Shown here piece after piece: positions 1-9,510 of a stretch of DNA of 64,000 nucleotides. The notes under the pieces were generated by a model, which was given only the letters and a program-made list of their open reading frames with translations, did not search any database and had not been told where the DNA came from. The DNA is from Gallionella sp. (GTDB taxonomy: Bacteria > Pseudomonadota > Gammaproteobacteria > Burkholderiales > Gallionellaceae). Both the position numbers and the translations under genes were made by a program. The DNA lies in NCBI GenBank assembly GCA_035605585.1, contig DASTGP010000011.1:3834-67833 (forward strand), written 5' to 3'. Each line of letters opens with the position of its first letter. The stretch's first letter is position 1.

Positions 1-1
1 C

Positions 2-1165
2 ATGGTATTGGCGGCTGAGGATCGCGGCCTCCAGCTTGTCGGTCACCTCGAATGCGCTCATCTCCGGTTGCAGGTCGTAAGTGGCGACCTTGGGCGACGG
101 CACCAGGATGCGGTCCTCGCCGGGATAGGGTTGTTCCTTGCCGCCGCTGAAGAAGTAGGTGACGTGTGCGTACTTCTCCGTCTCCGCAATCCGCAGCTGT
201 TTCAAGCCGAGATTGGAAATGTATTCGCCGAAACCGTTATGGATGGATTCCGGGGCGTAGGCGCAGGACAGGTAGTTGAAGTCTTCGCCGTAGCTGCTCA
301 ACGTAACGAAGGCGGCCAGCTTCGGGAAGCGTGCGCGCGCAAAGCCGTTGAAGGTTTCATCCGTCAGGGCGCGGGTGAGTTCGCGTGCGCGGTCGGCGCG
401 GAAGTTCATGAACACCGCCACATCGCCATCCTGCATGCCGGTAGCTGTGATCGCGGTCGGCTTGACGAACTCGTCGGTCTCGCCGCGCGCATAAGCCTGC
501 TCCAGCCCGCTCAAGGCATCGGCAGCGCGGAATTCGGCGCGGCCTTCGGTGAGCAGTTCATATGCGGGTTGCACGCGCTCCCAGCGGTTGTCGCGGTCCA
601 TCGCATAGAAGCGGCCGACGATGCTGGCGATCTGGCCGACGCCGAGCGCATCGCATTTCTGTTGCAACAGTTTCAGCGACTGCATCGCGCTCTTGGGCGG
701 GGTATCGCGCCCGTCGAGGAATGCATGCAGATGCACTTTCTTCAGGCCGTTGCGTGCGGCCATTTCCAGCATGGCGAGGATGTGGTGTTCGTGACTGTGA
801 ACACCGCCTGGCGACAGCAGTCCCATGATGTGCAGGGTGCTGTCGTTTTGTTTGGCCTGGGCGACGGCTGCGCTCAACGCCGGGTTGGTGTAGAAGCTGC
901 CGTCCTCGATGGCCACGTCCACACGGCTGAGTTCCTGATAGATCACACGTCCGGCGCCGATGTTGAGGTGCCCCACCTCGGAGTTGCCCATTTGCTCGGA
1001 AGGCAGGCCGACATGTTTCTCGGAGGCGTCGATCAGGGTGTGGGGGTAATCGCGCCAGAGCGCGTCCCAGTTCGGCTTGCGCGCCGCCAGGATTGCATTG
1101 AAATCGGTATCTTCGCGGTAGCCGAAACCGTCCAGGATCAGCAGTAAGACAGGAGTGACATTCAT
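2..1165 (-). CDS. gpmI: 2,3-bisphosphoglycerate-independent phosphoglycerate mutase (partial, continues off left edge)
   Basis: Manual translation from ATG 1165: [19 protein letters not shown]...[26 protein letters not shown] and GNSEVGH are iPGM motifs. The listed + ORF 2..1147 is its antisense shadow. Confidence 0.95.
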   Translation of the reverse strand, partial: MNVTPVLLLILDGFGYREDTDFNAILAARKPNWDALWRDYPHTLIDASEKHVGLPSEQMGNSEVGHLNIGAGRVIYQELSRVDVAIEDGSFYTNPALSAAVAQAKQNDSTLHIMGLLSPGGVHSHEHHILAMLEMAARNGLKKVHLHAFLDGRDTPPKSAMQSLKLLQQKCDALGVGQIASIVGRFYAMDRDNRWERVQPAYELLTEGRAEFRAADALSGLEQAYARGETDEFVKPTAITATGMQDGDVAVFMNFRADRARELTRALTDETFNGFARARFPKLAAFVTLSSYGEDFNYLSCAYAPESIHNGFGEYISNLGLKQLRIAETEKYAHVTYFFSGGKEQPYPGEDRILVPSPKVATYDLQPEMSAFEVTDKLEAAILSRQYH

Positions 1166-1263
1166 TGGATAGAATATAAGCGGATGATGATTTGTGCAGG
1201 CGCGTATTTTAGCCGAATTCGGCTGGTTCCGCGCGCGGCACGCTGGGATAACTGGAGGAAAAC

Positions 1264-1566
1264 ATGGCAGGCAGGCTGATCGATCGGGAAGAGGACATTC
1301 AACAGGCGGCGCAGGCGATGAAGGCGATCGCGCATCCGTTGCGGCTACGGATTTTGTGCGTGCTCGGCGATCAGGAGGTGAGCGTGCAGGACATCGTCGA
1401 GCAGGTCGGCACCTCGCAGAGCAATATCTCGCAGCATCTGGCGATCCTGCGCGAGAAGGGCGTGCTGGCGACCCGCAAGGACGCGAACCGGGTGTACTAC
1501 CGCATCGGCGACCTGCGCACGCTGAAGCTGGTCGGCATGATGCGCGACGTATTCTGCAGCGCGTAG
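1264..1566 (+). CDS. ArsR/SmtB-family repressor with BigR/SqrR/YgaV-like two-Cys pattern
   Basis: HPLRLRILC, w[16 protein letters not shown], Cys32 and C-terminal Cys98 (DVFC); GGAGG RBS upstream. Confidence 0.9.
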   Translation: MAGRLIDREEDIQQAAQAMKAIAHPLRLRILCVLGDQEVSVQDIVEQVGTSQSNISQHLAILREKGVLATRKDANRVYYRIGDLRTLKLVGMMRDVFCSA

Positions 1567-1569
1567 GTC

Positions 1570-1605
1570 TTGCGCCGCGGCTTAAATATTAGTATATTCT
1601 AATAT
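1570..1605 (+). promoter_or_regulatory. Sigma70-like promoter with an inverted-repeat operator over the -10 box
   Basis: TTGCGC (1570-1575), 17 bp, TATATT (1593-1598); perfect IR ATATTAG-N6-CTAATAT (1586-1605). Confidence 0.65.
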
Positions 1606-1632
1606 GCGAAAATTCCAGATGGAGCAAAGGCC

Positions 1633-2649
1633 GTGAAAAGAACGTGGATCTTGTATTTCCTGCTGATGGGGGCCGCCGCTGTGCAGGCTGCGGGCCAGCC
1701 TGACGTGGCGCCTGCGCAGTACCGCGAGGTGGCGCAGACCTACAGCGCGGACGGTTTGGTGGAGGCGACGCGGCAGTCCACCGTGTCCGCGCAGATCGGC
1801 GGGCGTGTCAAGGAAGTGCTGTTCGATGTTGGCGACCGCGTCGCCAAGGGGCAGGTGATCCTGCGCATCGACGAGCGCGAGGCTGCACAGGCCTTGGCGG
1901 GCAGCCAGGCACAGGTTCTGCAGGCGCAGGCCAATATGCAGAATGCGAAGGCGAACTACGAGCGCGCCAAGCAGCTGTTCGCGCAGAAATTCATCAGCCA
2001 GGCGGGACTGGACAAGGCACAGGCCGATTACAAGGTGGCGCTGGCCCAGGCGGCGGCGAGCGAAGCGGGCGCGGGGCAGGCAAGTTTGGCACACGGCTAT
2101 ACCTCGGTGATCGCTCCTTACGGCGGCGTGGTGGCGGCGCGGCTGGTCGAGGTCGGCGAGATGGTGATGCCGGGCAAGCCGCTGATGACCGGCTTCGATC
2201 CGTCCGAGATGCGCGTGGTCGTGAGCGTGCCGCAATACAAGCTGGCCGATATCGGATCGCATCCCGAAGTGTCGGTGGAGATCCCCTCGTTGAACCGCTG
2301 GATCAAGGCCGCTTCGGTCACGGTGCAACCCATTGCCGACGCGCGCACCCACAGCACCCAGGTGCGCGTGTACCTGCCCGCCAATGAGGCGGGCGTCTAT
2401 CCCGGCATGTTCGTTCGTGCCCATTTCGTCGTGGGAAAAGCGAAGAGACTGACCATTCCGACCAGTGCAGTCTTGCGTCGCAGCGAAGTGGTCGCCGTCT
2501 ACGTGGCGGATGACAAGGGCAATATGAAGCTGCGCCAAGTCCGTTTGGGGGAGGAGAGCGATGGTCTGGTCGAAGTGCTTGCGGGCCTGAAGCCGGGCGA
2601 GCAGGTTGCGCTGGACCCGATCAAGGCCGGCATGGCCGTCAGGAAGTAA
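1633..2649 (+). CDS. RND efflux periplasmic adaptor (membrane fusion protein)
   Basis: Signal peptide, lipoyl-like VSAQIGGRVKEVLFDVGDRVAKGQVIL, coiled-coil hairpin, APYGGVV, YPGMFVRA; GTG start. Confidence 0.93.
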   Translation: MKRTWILYFLLMGAAAVQAAGQPDVAPAQYREVAQTYSADGLVEATRQSTVSAQIGGRVKEVLFDVGDRVAKGQVILRIDEREAAQALAGSQAQVLQAQANMQNAKANYERAKQLFAQKFISQAGLDKAQADYKVALAQAAASEAGAGQASLAHGYTSVIAPYGGVVAARLVEVGEMVMPGKPLMTGFDPSEMRVVVSVPQYKLADIGSHPEVSVEIPSLNRWIKAASVTVQPIADARTHSTQVRVYLPANEAGVYPGMFVRAHFVVGKAKRLTIPTSAVLRRSEVVAVYVADDKGNMKLRQVRLGEESDGLVEVLAGLKPGEQVALDPIKAGMAVRK

Positions 2650-2653
2650 AGCC

Positions 2654-5600
2654 ATGGGTATCTCGGGGCGTATCGCCAAGCTGTTCCTGCATTCGCAGAT
2701 GACGCCGCTGCTGGCGTTGGTTGCGGTGCTGCTGGGTTTGTTCGCCGTGGCCGTGACGCCGCGTGAGGAGGAACCGCAGATCAACGTGACCATGGCGAAT
2801 GTCCTGATCCCGTATCCCGGCGCATCGGCAAAGGACGTTATGCAGACCGTGGCGACGCCCGCCGAGCAGGTGCTGGCGCAGATCGCCGGGGTGGACCATG
2901 TCTACTCGGTGTCTCAGCCCGGCATGGCGGTCATCACGGTACAGTTCAAGGTGGGCGAGGAGCACGTGCCCTCGCTGGTTAAACTGTACGACGTCATCCA
3001 TTCCCATGCCGATTGGTTGCCGCCCACCCTGGGCGTGGCGCCGCCCATCATCAAGGCCAAGGGCATCGACGATGTGCCGGTGGTTGCGCTGACGCTGTGG
3101 CGCGAGCAGGACGCCGGCGGCGGTGTCGAGCTGACCCAGGTGGCGCATTCCATCGAGGCCGAGTTGAAGCGCGTGCCGGGCACGCGCGAAGTGAGCACGC
3201 TGGGGGCGACGCAGCGCATGGTGCGCGTGCTGCTGAATCCGGAAAACCTGAATGCCTACCGGCTGACCATGCAAGATGTGCGCGCCGCTTTGCAATCCGC
3301 GAACGTGTCGCAGAATTCCGGCAATCTGGTGCGGGACAACCGCGAGGTGCTGGTGCAGACCGGCAGTTTCCTGAGCGACGCGAACGAGGTGCGGCAACTG
3401 GTGATCGGCGTGGCCGACGGTAAGCCCGTCTTCCTGCGCGATGTCGCCGAGGTGCAGGATGGCGCCGACCAGCCCGGCAGCTATGTGTGGCTCGGAACAG
3501 GACCTGCCGCGGAAGACAAGCAGATCAAGGCCAAAGGGGAATTCTCCGCCGTGACCGTGGCGATCACCAAAAAGCCGGGCGCGAATGCGGTGGAGATCGC
3601 CGACAGACTGATGGCGCGCGTGGACGAACTCAAGGGCAGCGTGATTCCGGACGACGTGCAGGTCAGTGTGACGCGCAACTACGGCGAGACCGCGAACGAC
3701 AAGGCGATGAAGCTGATCCAGAAGTTGCTGTTTGCGACGGTCGCGGTGGTCGCGCTGGTGTGGTTCACCATGGGGCGGCGCGAGGCACTGGTGGTCGGTA
3801 TCGCGGTACTGCTGACGCTGGCGGCCACGCTGTTCGCCTCCTGGGCCTACGGCTTCACGCTGAACCGCGTGTCGCTGTTCGCGCTGATCTTCTCCATCGG
3901 TATCCTGGTGGACGACGCCATCGTGGTGGTGGAGAACATTCACCGCCGGCGTGCCATGGCCGAGCATCAATCCCTGTCCGAGATCATCCCCGAGGCGGTG
4001 GACGAGGTCGGCAGTCCGACCATACTGGCGACCTTCACCGTCATCGCCGCATTGCTGCCGATGGCGTTCGTCAGCGGCCTGATGGGGCCGTATATGAGCC
4101 CGATCCCGATCAACGCCAGCATGGGTATGCTGATCTCGCTGGCGGTCGCGTTCGTCATCACGCCTTGGCTGGTGTACCGCTTCGCCGGCGCGCAGCATGA
4201 GGCCGTGCACGACGAGCAGAATACTGCGATCAACCGCTTCTTCCGCGATCGGCTCGGCCCGTTCCTGAACGGGGAGCACGGCAAGAACGCGCGCCGCAAG
4301 TTGTGGCTCGGCATCCTCGCCGCGCTGATGCTGGCGGTGTCGCTGGCGGTGGTGAAACTGGTGGTGCTGAAGATGCTGCCGTTCGACAACAAGTCGGAAT
4401 TCCAGGTTGTGGTGGACATGCCCAGCGGCACGGCACTGGAACAGACTAGCGCCGTGCTGCACGACATCGGCGACTACCTCGCGACCGTACCGGAAGTCAC
4501 CGATTACCAGGCCTATGCGGGCACGGCCTCGCCGATTAATTTCAACGGCCTGGTGCGTCAGTACTATCTGCGCAGTGCCGCCGAGCAGGGCGATATCCAG
4601 GTGAACCTGCGCGACAAGCATCATCGCAACCGCAGCAGCCACGAGATCGCCACCGCCGTGCTCGAACCAATCCAGAAGATCGCGAACAACTGGGGCGCGA
4701 AGGTGAAGATCGTCGAAGTGCCACCCGGCCCGCCGGTGATGTCGCCCATCGTCGCCGAGATCTACGGCCCGGATTACGAGGGCGCGCGCCAGGTCGCCGG
4801 CAAGGTGCGCGAACAGTTCGGCAAGACCGAAGGCATCGTCGGTATCGACGATAGTGTTACCGAGTCCGCGCCCAAACTGTTGCTGCACGTGCTGCAGAGC
4901 AAGGCCGCGCTGCTGGGCGTGTCGCCGCACGACATCGTGGATGTGATCGGCGTGGCGCTGGCGGGGCAGGATGTGGCCTCGCTGCACGACGAGAACGCGA
5001 AATATGCGCCGCCGTTGCGCATCGGCCTGCCCGCCGAGAAGCGCAGCCGGATCGACGATGTGCTGAAGCTCAAGGTGCGCGCGCGTGACGGCGTGCTGGT
5101 GCCGCTGTCGGAGGTGGTGCAGGTGGTTCCCGCGCAGCGCGACTACCCGATTTACCACAAGGATCTGCTGCCGGTGGTGTATGTGTTCGGCGATATGGCG
5201 GGCAAGCTGGATAGTCCGCTGTACGGCATGTTCGGCATCAACAGCAAGGTGAGCGGTGCGCCGCTGGCGCAGGGGGGCGAGCTGGAGAGCTATTTCTTCA
5301 AGCAGCCCAGCGACCCCTATGCCGGTTACGCGCTGAAATGGGACGGCGAATGGCAGGTGACCTTCGAGACCTTCCGCGACATGGGCATCGCCTACGGTGT
5401 GGGGCTGATCCTGATCTACCTGCTGGTGGTGGCACAGTTCAAGTCGTACCTCGTGCCGCTCATCATCATGGCGCCCATCCCGCTCACCATCATCGGCGTG
5501 ATGCCGGGACACGCGCTGTTCGGCGCGCAGTTCACCGCGACCTCGATGATCGGCATGATCGCGCTGGCGGGCATCATCGTGCGCAACTCCATCCTGCTGG

Positions 5601-5866
5601 TGGACTTCGTCAATCTGCAACTCAAGGATGGTGTGGATCTGCAGGATGCGGTGATCAACGCGGCCGGGGCGCGCGCCAAACCGATCCTGCTGACGGGGCT
5701 GGCGGCGATGCTGGGCGCGCTGTTCATCCTCGACGACCCGATCTTCAACGGGCTGGCGCTGTCCTTGATATTCGGCATCCTGGTCTCCACCTTGCTGACG
5801 CTGGTAGTGATTCCGGTGCTGTACTACGCCACCCTGTACCGAAAACGAAGTTTCAGTGAAGGCTAA
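2654..5866 (+). CDS. RND efflux permease (AcrB/AcrD/AcrF family)
   Basis: About 1070 aa; TM4 GILVDDAIVVVENI, TM10 IVRNSILLVDF, RAKPILLT. ATG 2654 chosen over the ORF-track start 2606. Confidence 0.95.
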   Translation: MGISGRIAKLFLHSQMTPLLALVAVLLGLFAVAVTPREEEPQINVTMANVLIPYPGASAKDVMQTVATPAEQVLAQIAGVDHVYSVSQPGMAVITVQFKVGEEHVPSLVKLYDVIHSHADWLPPTLGVAPPIIKAKGIDDVPVVALTLWREQDAGGGVELTQVAHSIEAELKRVPGTREVSTLGATQRMVRVLLNPENLNAYRLTMQDVRAALQSANVSQNSGNLVRDNREVLVQTGSFLSDANEVRQLVIGVADGKPVFLRDVAEVQDGADQPGSYVWLGTGPAAEDKQIKAKGEFSAVTVAITKKPGANAVEIADRLMARVDELKGSVIPDDVQVSVTRNYGETANDKAMKLIQKLLFATVAVVALVWFTMGRREALVVGIAVLLTLAATLFASWAYGFTLNRVSLFALIFSIGILVDDAIVVVENIHRRRAMAEHQSLSEIIPEAVDEVGSPTILATFTVIAALLPMAFVSGLMGPYMSPIPINASMGMLISLAVAFVITPWLVYRFAGAQHEAVHDEQNTAINRFFRDRLGPFLNGEHGKNARRKLWLGILAALMLAVSLAVVKLVVLKMLPFDNKSEFQVVVDMPSGTALEQTSAVLHDIGDYLATVPEVTDYQAYAGTASPINFNGLVRQYYLRSAAEQGDIQVNLRDKHHRNRSSHEIATAVLEPIQKIANNWGAKVKIVEVPPGPPVMSPIVAEIYGPDYEGARQVAGKVREQFGKTEGIVGIDDSVTESAPKLLLHVLQSKAALLGVSPHDIVDVIGVALAGQDVASLHDENAKYAPPLRIGLPAEKRSRIDDVLKLKVRARDGVLVPLSEVVQVVPAQRDYPIYHKDLLPVVYVFGDMAGKLDSPLYGMFGINSKVSGAPLAQGGELESYFFKQPSDPYAGYALKWDGEWQVTFETFRDMGIAYGVGLILIYLLVVAQFKSYLVPLIIMAPIPLTIIGVMPGHALFGAQFTATSMIGMIALAGIIVRNSILLVDFVNLQLKDGVDLQDAVINAAGARAKPILLTGLAAMLGALFILDDPIFNGLALSLIFGILVSTLLTLVVIPVLYYATLYRKRSFSEG

Positions 5867-5931
5867 CCTTCAGGTTATGCCGTAACTAAAATTCCGGTAA
5901 AATTCGCGGCTAATTTTTTAGGAGAGTCACT

Positions 5932-6144
5932 ATGACTGCTGAACGCATCGTCCGTATCGTTGCCGGGTTCTTTGTCCTGTTGTCCCTGTCCCTGGGTGTG
6001 GAAGGTAGCCCGCTGTTCGTGAACCAGAACTTCCTGTGGTTCACCGCCTTTGTCGGCGTCAACCTGTTCCAGAGCGGTTTCACCACCTTCTGCCCACTGA
6101 ACAACATTCTCGCAAAATTCGGCATCAAGAGCGGTTCTTGCTAA
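5932..6144 (+). CDS. DUF2892/YgaP-like small membrane protein
   Basis: ERIVRIVAG...two TM segments...GFTTFCPLN; AGGAG RBS. Confidence 0.85.
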   Translation: MTAERIVRIVAGFFVLLSLSLGVEGSPLFVNQNFLWFTAFVGVNLFQSGFTTFCPLNNILAKFGIKSGSC

Positions 6145-7919
6145 AGACCTTTCCGGGCTCGCTGCGCTTGGCCCACATCAGCCTGGCCTTGGCCGGGGTG
6201 ATGTGGGTCTTGCCTTTTCTGCACTATCGCCACCAATACCCGCTGACCACCTTCTATCAGGAGTGGTGGAGCGCACTACTCGGTGTGCTGGCGCTTACCC
6301 TGCTGGCGGCGCGCGATTACTGGCAACAACCGCAAGTGCCGCGCATCGCGCAGCTGCCGGTCGCGCTGATCGTCCTGGCGCTGCTACAGTCGGCACTGGG
6401 CAAGGTGGCCTATTTCGATCAGGCGCTGCTGTATGTGTTGTACCTGCTGTTCGCGTCGATGCTGATGCTGCTCGGGGCACGGCTGCGCGAATGTTTCGGC
6501 ATGGATCGGTTGGCACTGGTGCTGGCGATCTGTCTGCTGGTCGGCGCGGAAGCGAGTGCGCTGATCGGTGTGCTGCAGCATTTTCGTTGGCATACACCGC
6601 TGGATGCCGTTGTGGTGGTGAAGGTCTCAGCAGGCGTGTACGGCAACGTCGCGCAGCCCAACCATTTTGCCAATTACATCGCGCTGGGCCTGGTCTCGCT
6701 CGGTCTGTTGCTCCGGCAAAATCGCTTGAAGGTGCGCTATGTGGTGTTACTGGCGCTGCCGTTGTTGTTTGTGATGTCGTTGAGCGGGTCGCGCAGCTCC
6801 TGGCTGTACCTACTGTTCATGAGCGGTCTCGCGTGGTGGTGGGCGCGGCGCGATGCCGCCCAACGACCGCTGTTGCACTACAGTCTGTTGCTGTTGGCGG
6901 GTTTCGGCCTGATGCACGGGGTGGTGCAGCTGCCGTTCATGGCCGGGGCGGGCAACAGCATCGACACCATGCAGCGCCTGTTGGGGCCGGACGTTTCCGG
7001 CGGAATCCGCCTGTATCTGTGGCGCGAGGCAGGGTTGATGTTCAGCCAGTCGCCGTGGCTGGGCGTGGGTTTCGGTCAGTTTGCCTGGCACCATTTCCAA
7101 CTGGTGCCGGTGCTGCAGCCGGGCAATATCCAGGGGCTGTACAACAATGCCCATAACCTGGTGTTCCAGCTGGCGGCAGAGACGGGACTTGCTGGGCTGC
7201 TGGCGCTTTTTGTTTCGCTGGGTGTCTGGCTGTACGGCTTGCGTCGGGCGCCGCTCGATGCCGCCCACTGGTGGGGATGCGCGGCGCTGGGCGTGCTGGG
7301 CATCCACAGCCTGCTCGAATATCCGTTGTGGTATGCCTATTTCCTCGCGGTCGCAGCGCTCTTGCTGGGAGCGCTGGACCAGACGCACTATCAACTGGAA
7401 CTGCGCCGTATGGGGCGCTTGTCCGTGGCAGCGGTCATCTTGCTCGGCCTGGCGACGCTGGCGCAGCTGCTCATCAGCTACCAGCAACTGGAGCAGACGT
7501 TGCGGATACGCCCGGCCTCGGCTGCCGACCGCGGCTCATTCGAACGTACGCGCGACGGCCTTGCTGCGGTGCAGGGAGGCTCGTTGCTGTCGCCCTATGC
7601 AGAGCTGTTCATGAGTTCGCTGATCGAGGTGAGCGACGAGCGCCTCAAGGAGAAGCTGGAGCTGAACACGCGAGTGATGCGTTTCGTGCCGATCGGCATG
7701 GTGGTATATCGCCAATCCTTGCTGCTGGCGCTGGCCGGCCGGCAGGATCAGGCCCGGATCACGCTGGAACAGGCCATCTGGTCGTATCCGGGAGATTTTG
7801 CCAATGCGCGCAAGCAATTGGCGGAGCTGGCGGAGAAGGACCCCGCGCACTTTTCGGCTCTGCTAGAATTCGCCCTCCAAAAAGATCAGGAGTACAGGCG
7901 TGCAGTTCATCAGCAATAA
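6138..7919 (+). CDS. PglL-like O-oligosaccharyltransferase (Wzy_C / O-antigen ligase family)
   Basis: Multi-TM; GNVAQPNHFANY, SGSRSSWL, YNNAHNLVFQLAAETG, IHSLLEYPLWYAYFL. Start uncertain (TTG 6138 assumed). Confidence 0.85.
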   Translation: MLKTFPGSLRLAHISLALAGVMWVLPFLHYRHQYPLTTFYQEWWSALLGVLALTLLAARDYWQQPQVPRIAQLPVALIVLALLQSALGKVAYFDQALLYVLYLLFASMLMLLGARLRECFGMDRLALVLAICLLVGAEASALIGVLQHFRWHTPLDAVVVVKVSAGVYGNVAQPNHFANYIALGLVSLGLLLRQNRLKVRYVVLLALPLLFVMSLSGSRSSWLYLLFMSGLAWWWARRDAAQRPLLHYSLLLLAGFGLMHGVVQLPFMAGAGNSIDTMQRLLGPDVSGGIRLYLWREAGLMFSQSPWLGVGFGQFAWHHFQLVPVLQPGNIQGLYNNAHNLVFQLAAETGLAGLLALFVSLGVWLYGLRRAPLDAAHWWGCAALGVLGIHSLLEYPLWYAYFLAVAALLLGALDQTHYQLELRRMGRLSVAAVILLGLATLAQLLISYQQLEQTLRIRPASAADRGSFERTRDGLAAVQGGSLLSPYAELFMSSLIEVSDERLKEKLELNTRVMRFVPIGMVVYRQSLLLALAGRQDQARITLEQAIWSYPGDFANARKQLAELAEKDPAHFSALLEFALQKDQEYRRAVHQQ

Positions 7920-8310
7920 CATTTTCCCCATTCTCATCGCTTTGTTCAGCGGGGCCATGCTGTTCTGGTCGATGTTCGGCAACCGCATCCGCGGCATCAA
8001 GGACGTGGATTGCGTCGCGGCCACGCAGTTCATCAATCACAAGAATGCGCTGGTGCTGGATGTGCGCGAAGAAAACGAATACAAGGCCGGCCATATCCTG
8101 AACAGCAAGCTCATCCCGCTGGGCAAATTGGCCGAGCGTGTCGGCGAACTGAAAAAATACAAGGATCAGCCCATCGTGGTGGTGTGCCGCAGCGGCAACC
8201 GCTCCGGTACCGCTTGCGCCCTGCTGGGCAAGCAGGGATTCACCCAGGCCTACAATCTGGCGGGCGGCGTGATCGCCTGGCAAAAAGCCAATCTGCCGCT
8301 GGAGAAGTGA
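7900..8310 (+). CDS. Membrane-anchored rhodanese-like sulfurtransferase (YibN position)
   Basis: N-terminal TM, LDVREENEYKAGHI, active loop CRSGNRS, LAGGVIAW. Confidence 0.9.
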   Translation: MQFISNNIFPILIALFSGAMLFWSMFGNRIRGIKDVDCVAATQFINHKNALVLDVREENEYKAGHILNSKLIPLGKLAERVGELKKYKDQPIVVVCRSGNRSGTACALLGKQGFTQAYNLAGGVIAWQKANLPLEK

Positions 8311-8567
8311 TGGCGAAAGTCGTGATGTATTGCACGGCCGTCTGTCCCTACTGCGTTCGTGCCGAGCAGCTGTTGCAGCGCAAGGGCGTGACGGAGATCG
8401 AAAAGATCCGCGTCGACCTGCAGCCGGAATTGCGCGTGGAGATGATGGAGAAAACCGGGCGTCGCACGGTGCCGCAAATCTATATCGCCGGCGAACATGT
8501 CGGGGGCTATGACGACATGGTCGCGCTCGATCAGGCGGGCAAGCTGAACGAATTGTTGGCAAGATAA
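8310..8567 (+). CDS. grxC: Glutaredoxin 3
   Basis: MAKVVMYCTAVCPYC...RRTVPQIYI...GGYDD; ATG overlaps the upstream stop. Confidence 0.95.
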   Translation: MAKVVMYCTAVCPYCVRAEQLLQRKGVTEIEKIRVDLQPELRVEMMEKTGRRTVPQIYIAGEHVGGYDDMVALDQAGKLNELLAR

Positions 8568-8591
8568 CGAATAATCAACCGAGGAAACGAC

Positions 8592-9059
8592 ATGACTGAA
8601 GCCGCACAAGCAAACAATCAACCCGTGTTCAACATGGAAAAGATCTATGTGAAGGACATCTCGCTGGAGATTCCTCATGCACCGCAGATCTTCCTCGAGC
8701 GCGAGAATCCGCAGATCGATGTCCAGTTGCACAGCCAGGCTGCCTCGGTCGAAGACGGCGTATTCGAAGTGGCCGTGATGTCCACCGTGACTGCCAAGAT
8801 CGGCGACAAGGTGATGTTCCTGATCGAGGCCAAGCAGGCCGGCATCTTTCAGGTGCGCAACGTACCGAACGAAGAACTGGAACCCATCCTTGCGGTCATG
8901 TGCCCGAACATCCTGTTCCCGTATTTGCGTGAAGTGGTTTCCGATATCGCGGTGCGTGCCGGTTTTGCGCCGGTGTTGCTGAACCCGATCAACTTCGACG
9001 TCCTCTACCAGCAGCAGAAACAGCAGCAGGCACAGGCCGCCGGCGCGACTACTCATTGA
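8592..9059 (+). CDS. secB: Protein-export chaperone SecB
   Basis: IYVKDISLEIPHAPQIF, QAGIF, CPNILFPYLRE; grxC-secB-gpsA synteny. Confidence 0.97.
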   Translation: MTEAAQANNQPVFNMEKIYVKDISLEIPHAPQIFLERENPQIDVQLHSQAASVEDGVFEVAVMSTVTAKIGDKVMFLIEAKQAGIFQVRNVPNEELEPILAVMCPNILFPYLREVVSDIAVRAGFAPVLLNPINFDVLYQQQKQQQAQAAGATTH

Positions 9060-9508
9060 TGATGAGCCTGCCGCTGCGTCTGGTTGCATTGTCGGCGCTG
9101 CTCTTTGGCGCCAGCGCGGCCTGCGCGGTGGATTATGTGTCGGTCGGCGAGAGCAGCGCGATACTCTACGATGCGCCTTCGCTCAAGGCGAAAAAGCTGT
9201 TCGTGGTGAACCGCTACATGCCTTTCGAGCAAGTCGTCACACTGGACAACTGGGTCAAGGTACGCGACCGCTCCGGCGGTCTGTACTGGGTCGAAAAGCG
9301 TGTGCTGAGCAGCAAGCGCTACGTGTTTGCGCTGCCGCCGCTGCTAGACGTGCGCGCGGAACCGGATTCCGGTTCGCCGCGCCTGTTCCAGGTGCGCCAG
9401 CAAGTGGTGCTGGAACGTCTCGAGTCGACCGGCACCGGATGGGTCAAGGTGCGGCACCAGGACGGCGAGGTGGGATATGTGCGCAGCACCGAAGTCTGGG
9501 GCGAATAG
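9059..9508 (+). CDS. Secreted tandem SH3-domain protein
   Basis: Signal peptide then two SH3b-like repeats (WVKVRDRSG; WVKVRHQDGEVGYV). Confidence 0.85.
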   Translation: MMSLPLRLVALSALLFGASAACAVDYVSVGESSAILYDAPSLKAKKLFVVNRYMPFEQVVTLDNWVKVRDRSGGLYWVEKRVLSSKRYVFALPPLLDVRAEPDSGSPRLFQVRQQVVLERLESTGTGWVKVRHQDGEVGYVRSTEVWGE

Positions 9509-9510
9509 TG

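Noticed and set aside
2639-5620. 993-aa minus-strand ORF, and similar long antisense ORFs at 2..1147, 11329..12960, 37821..39590, 42343..44106, 48139..49449 and 58501..60117
   Set aside because: They mirror well-supported genes on the opposite strand, are His/Arg/Gln-rich with no motifs, and are expected shadows of high-GC codon bias.
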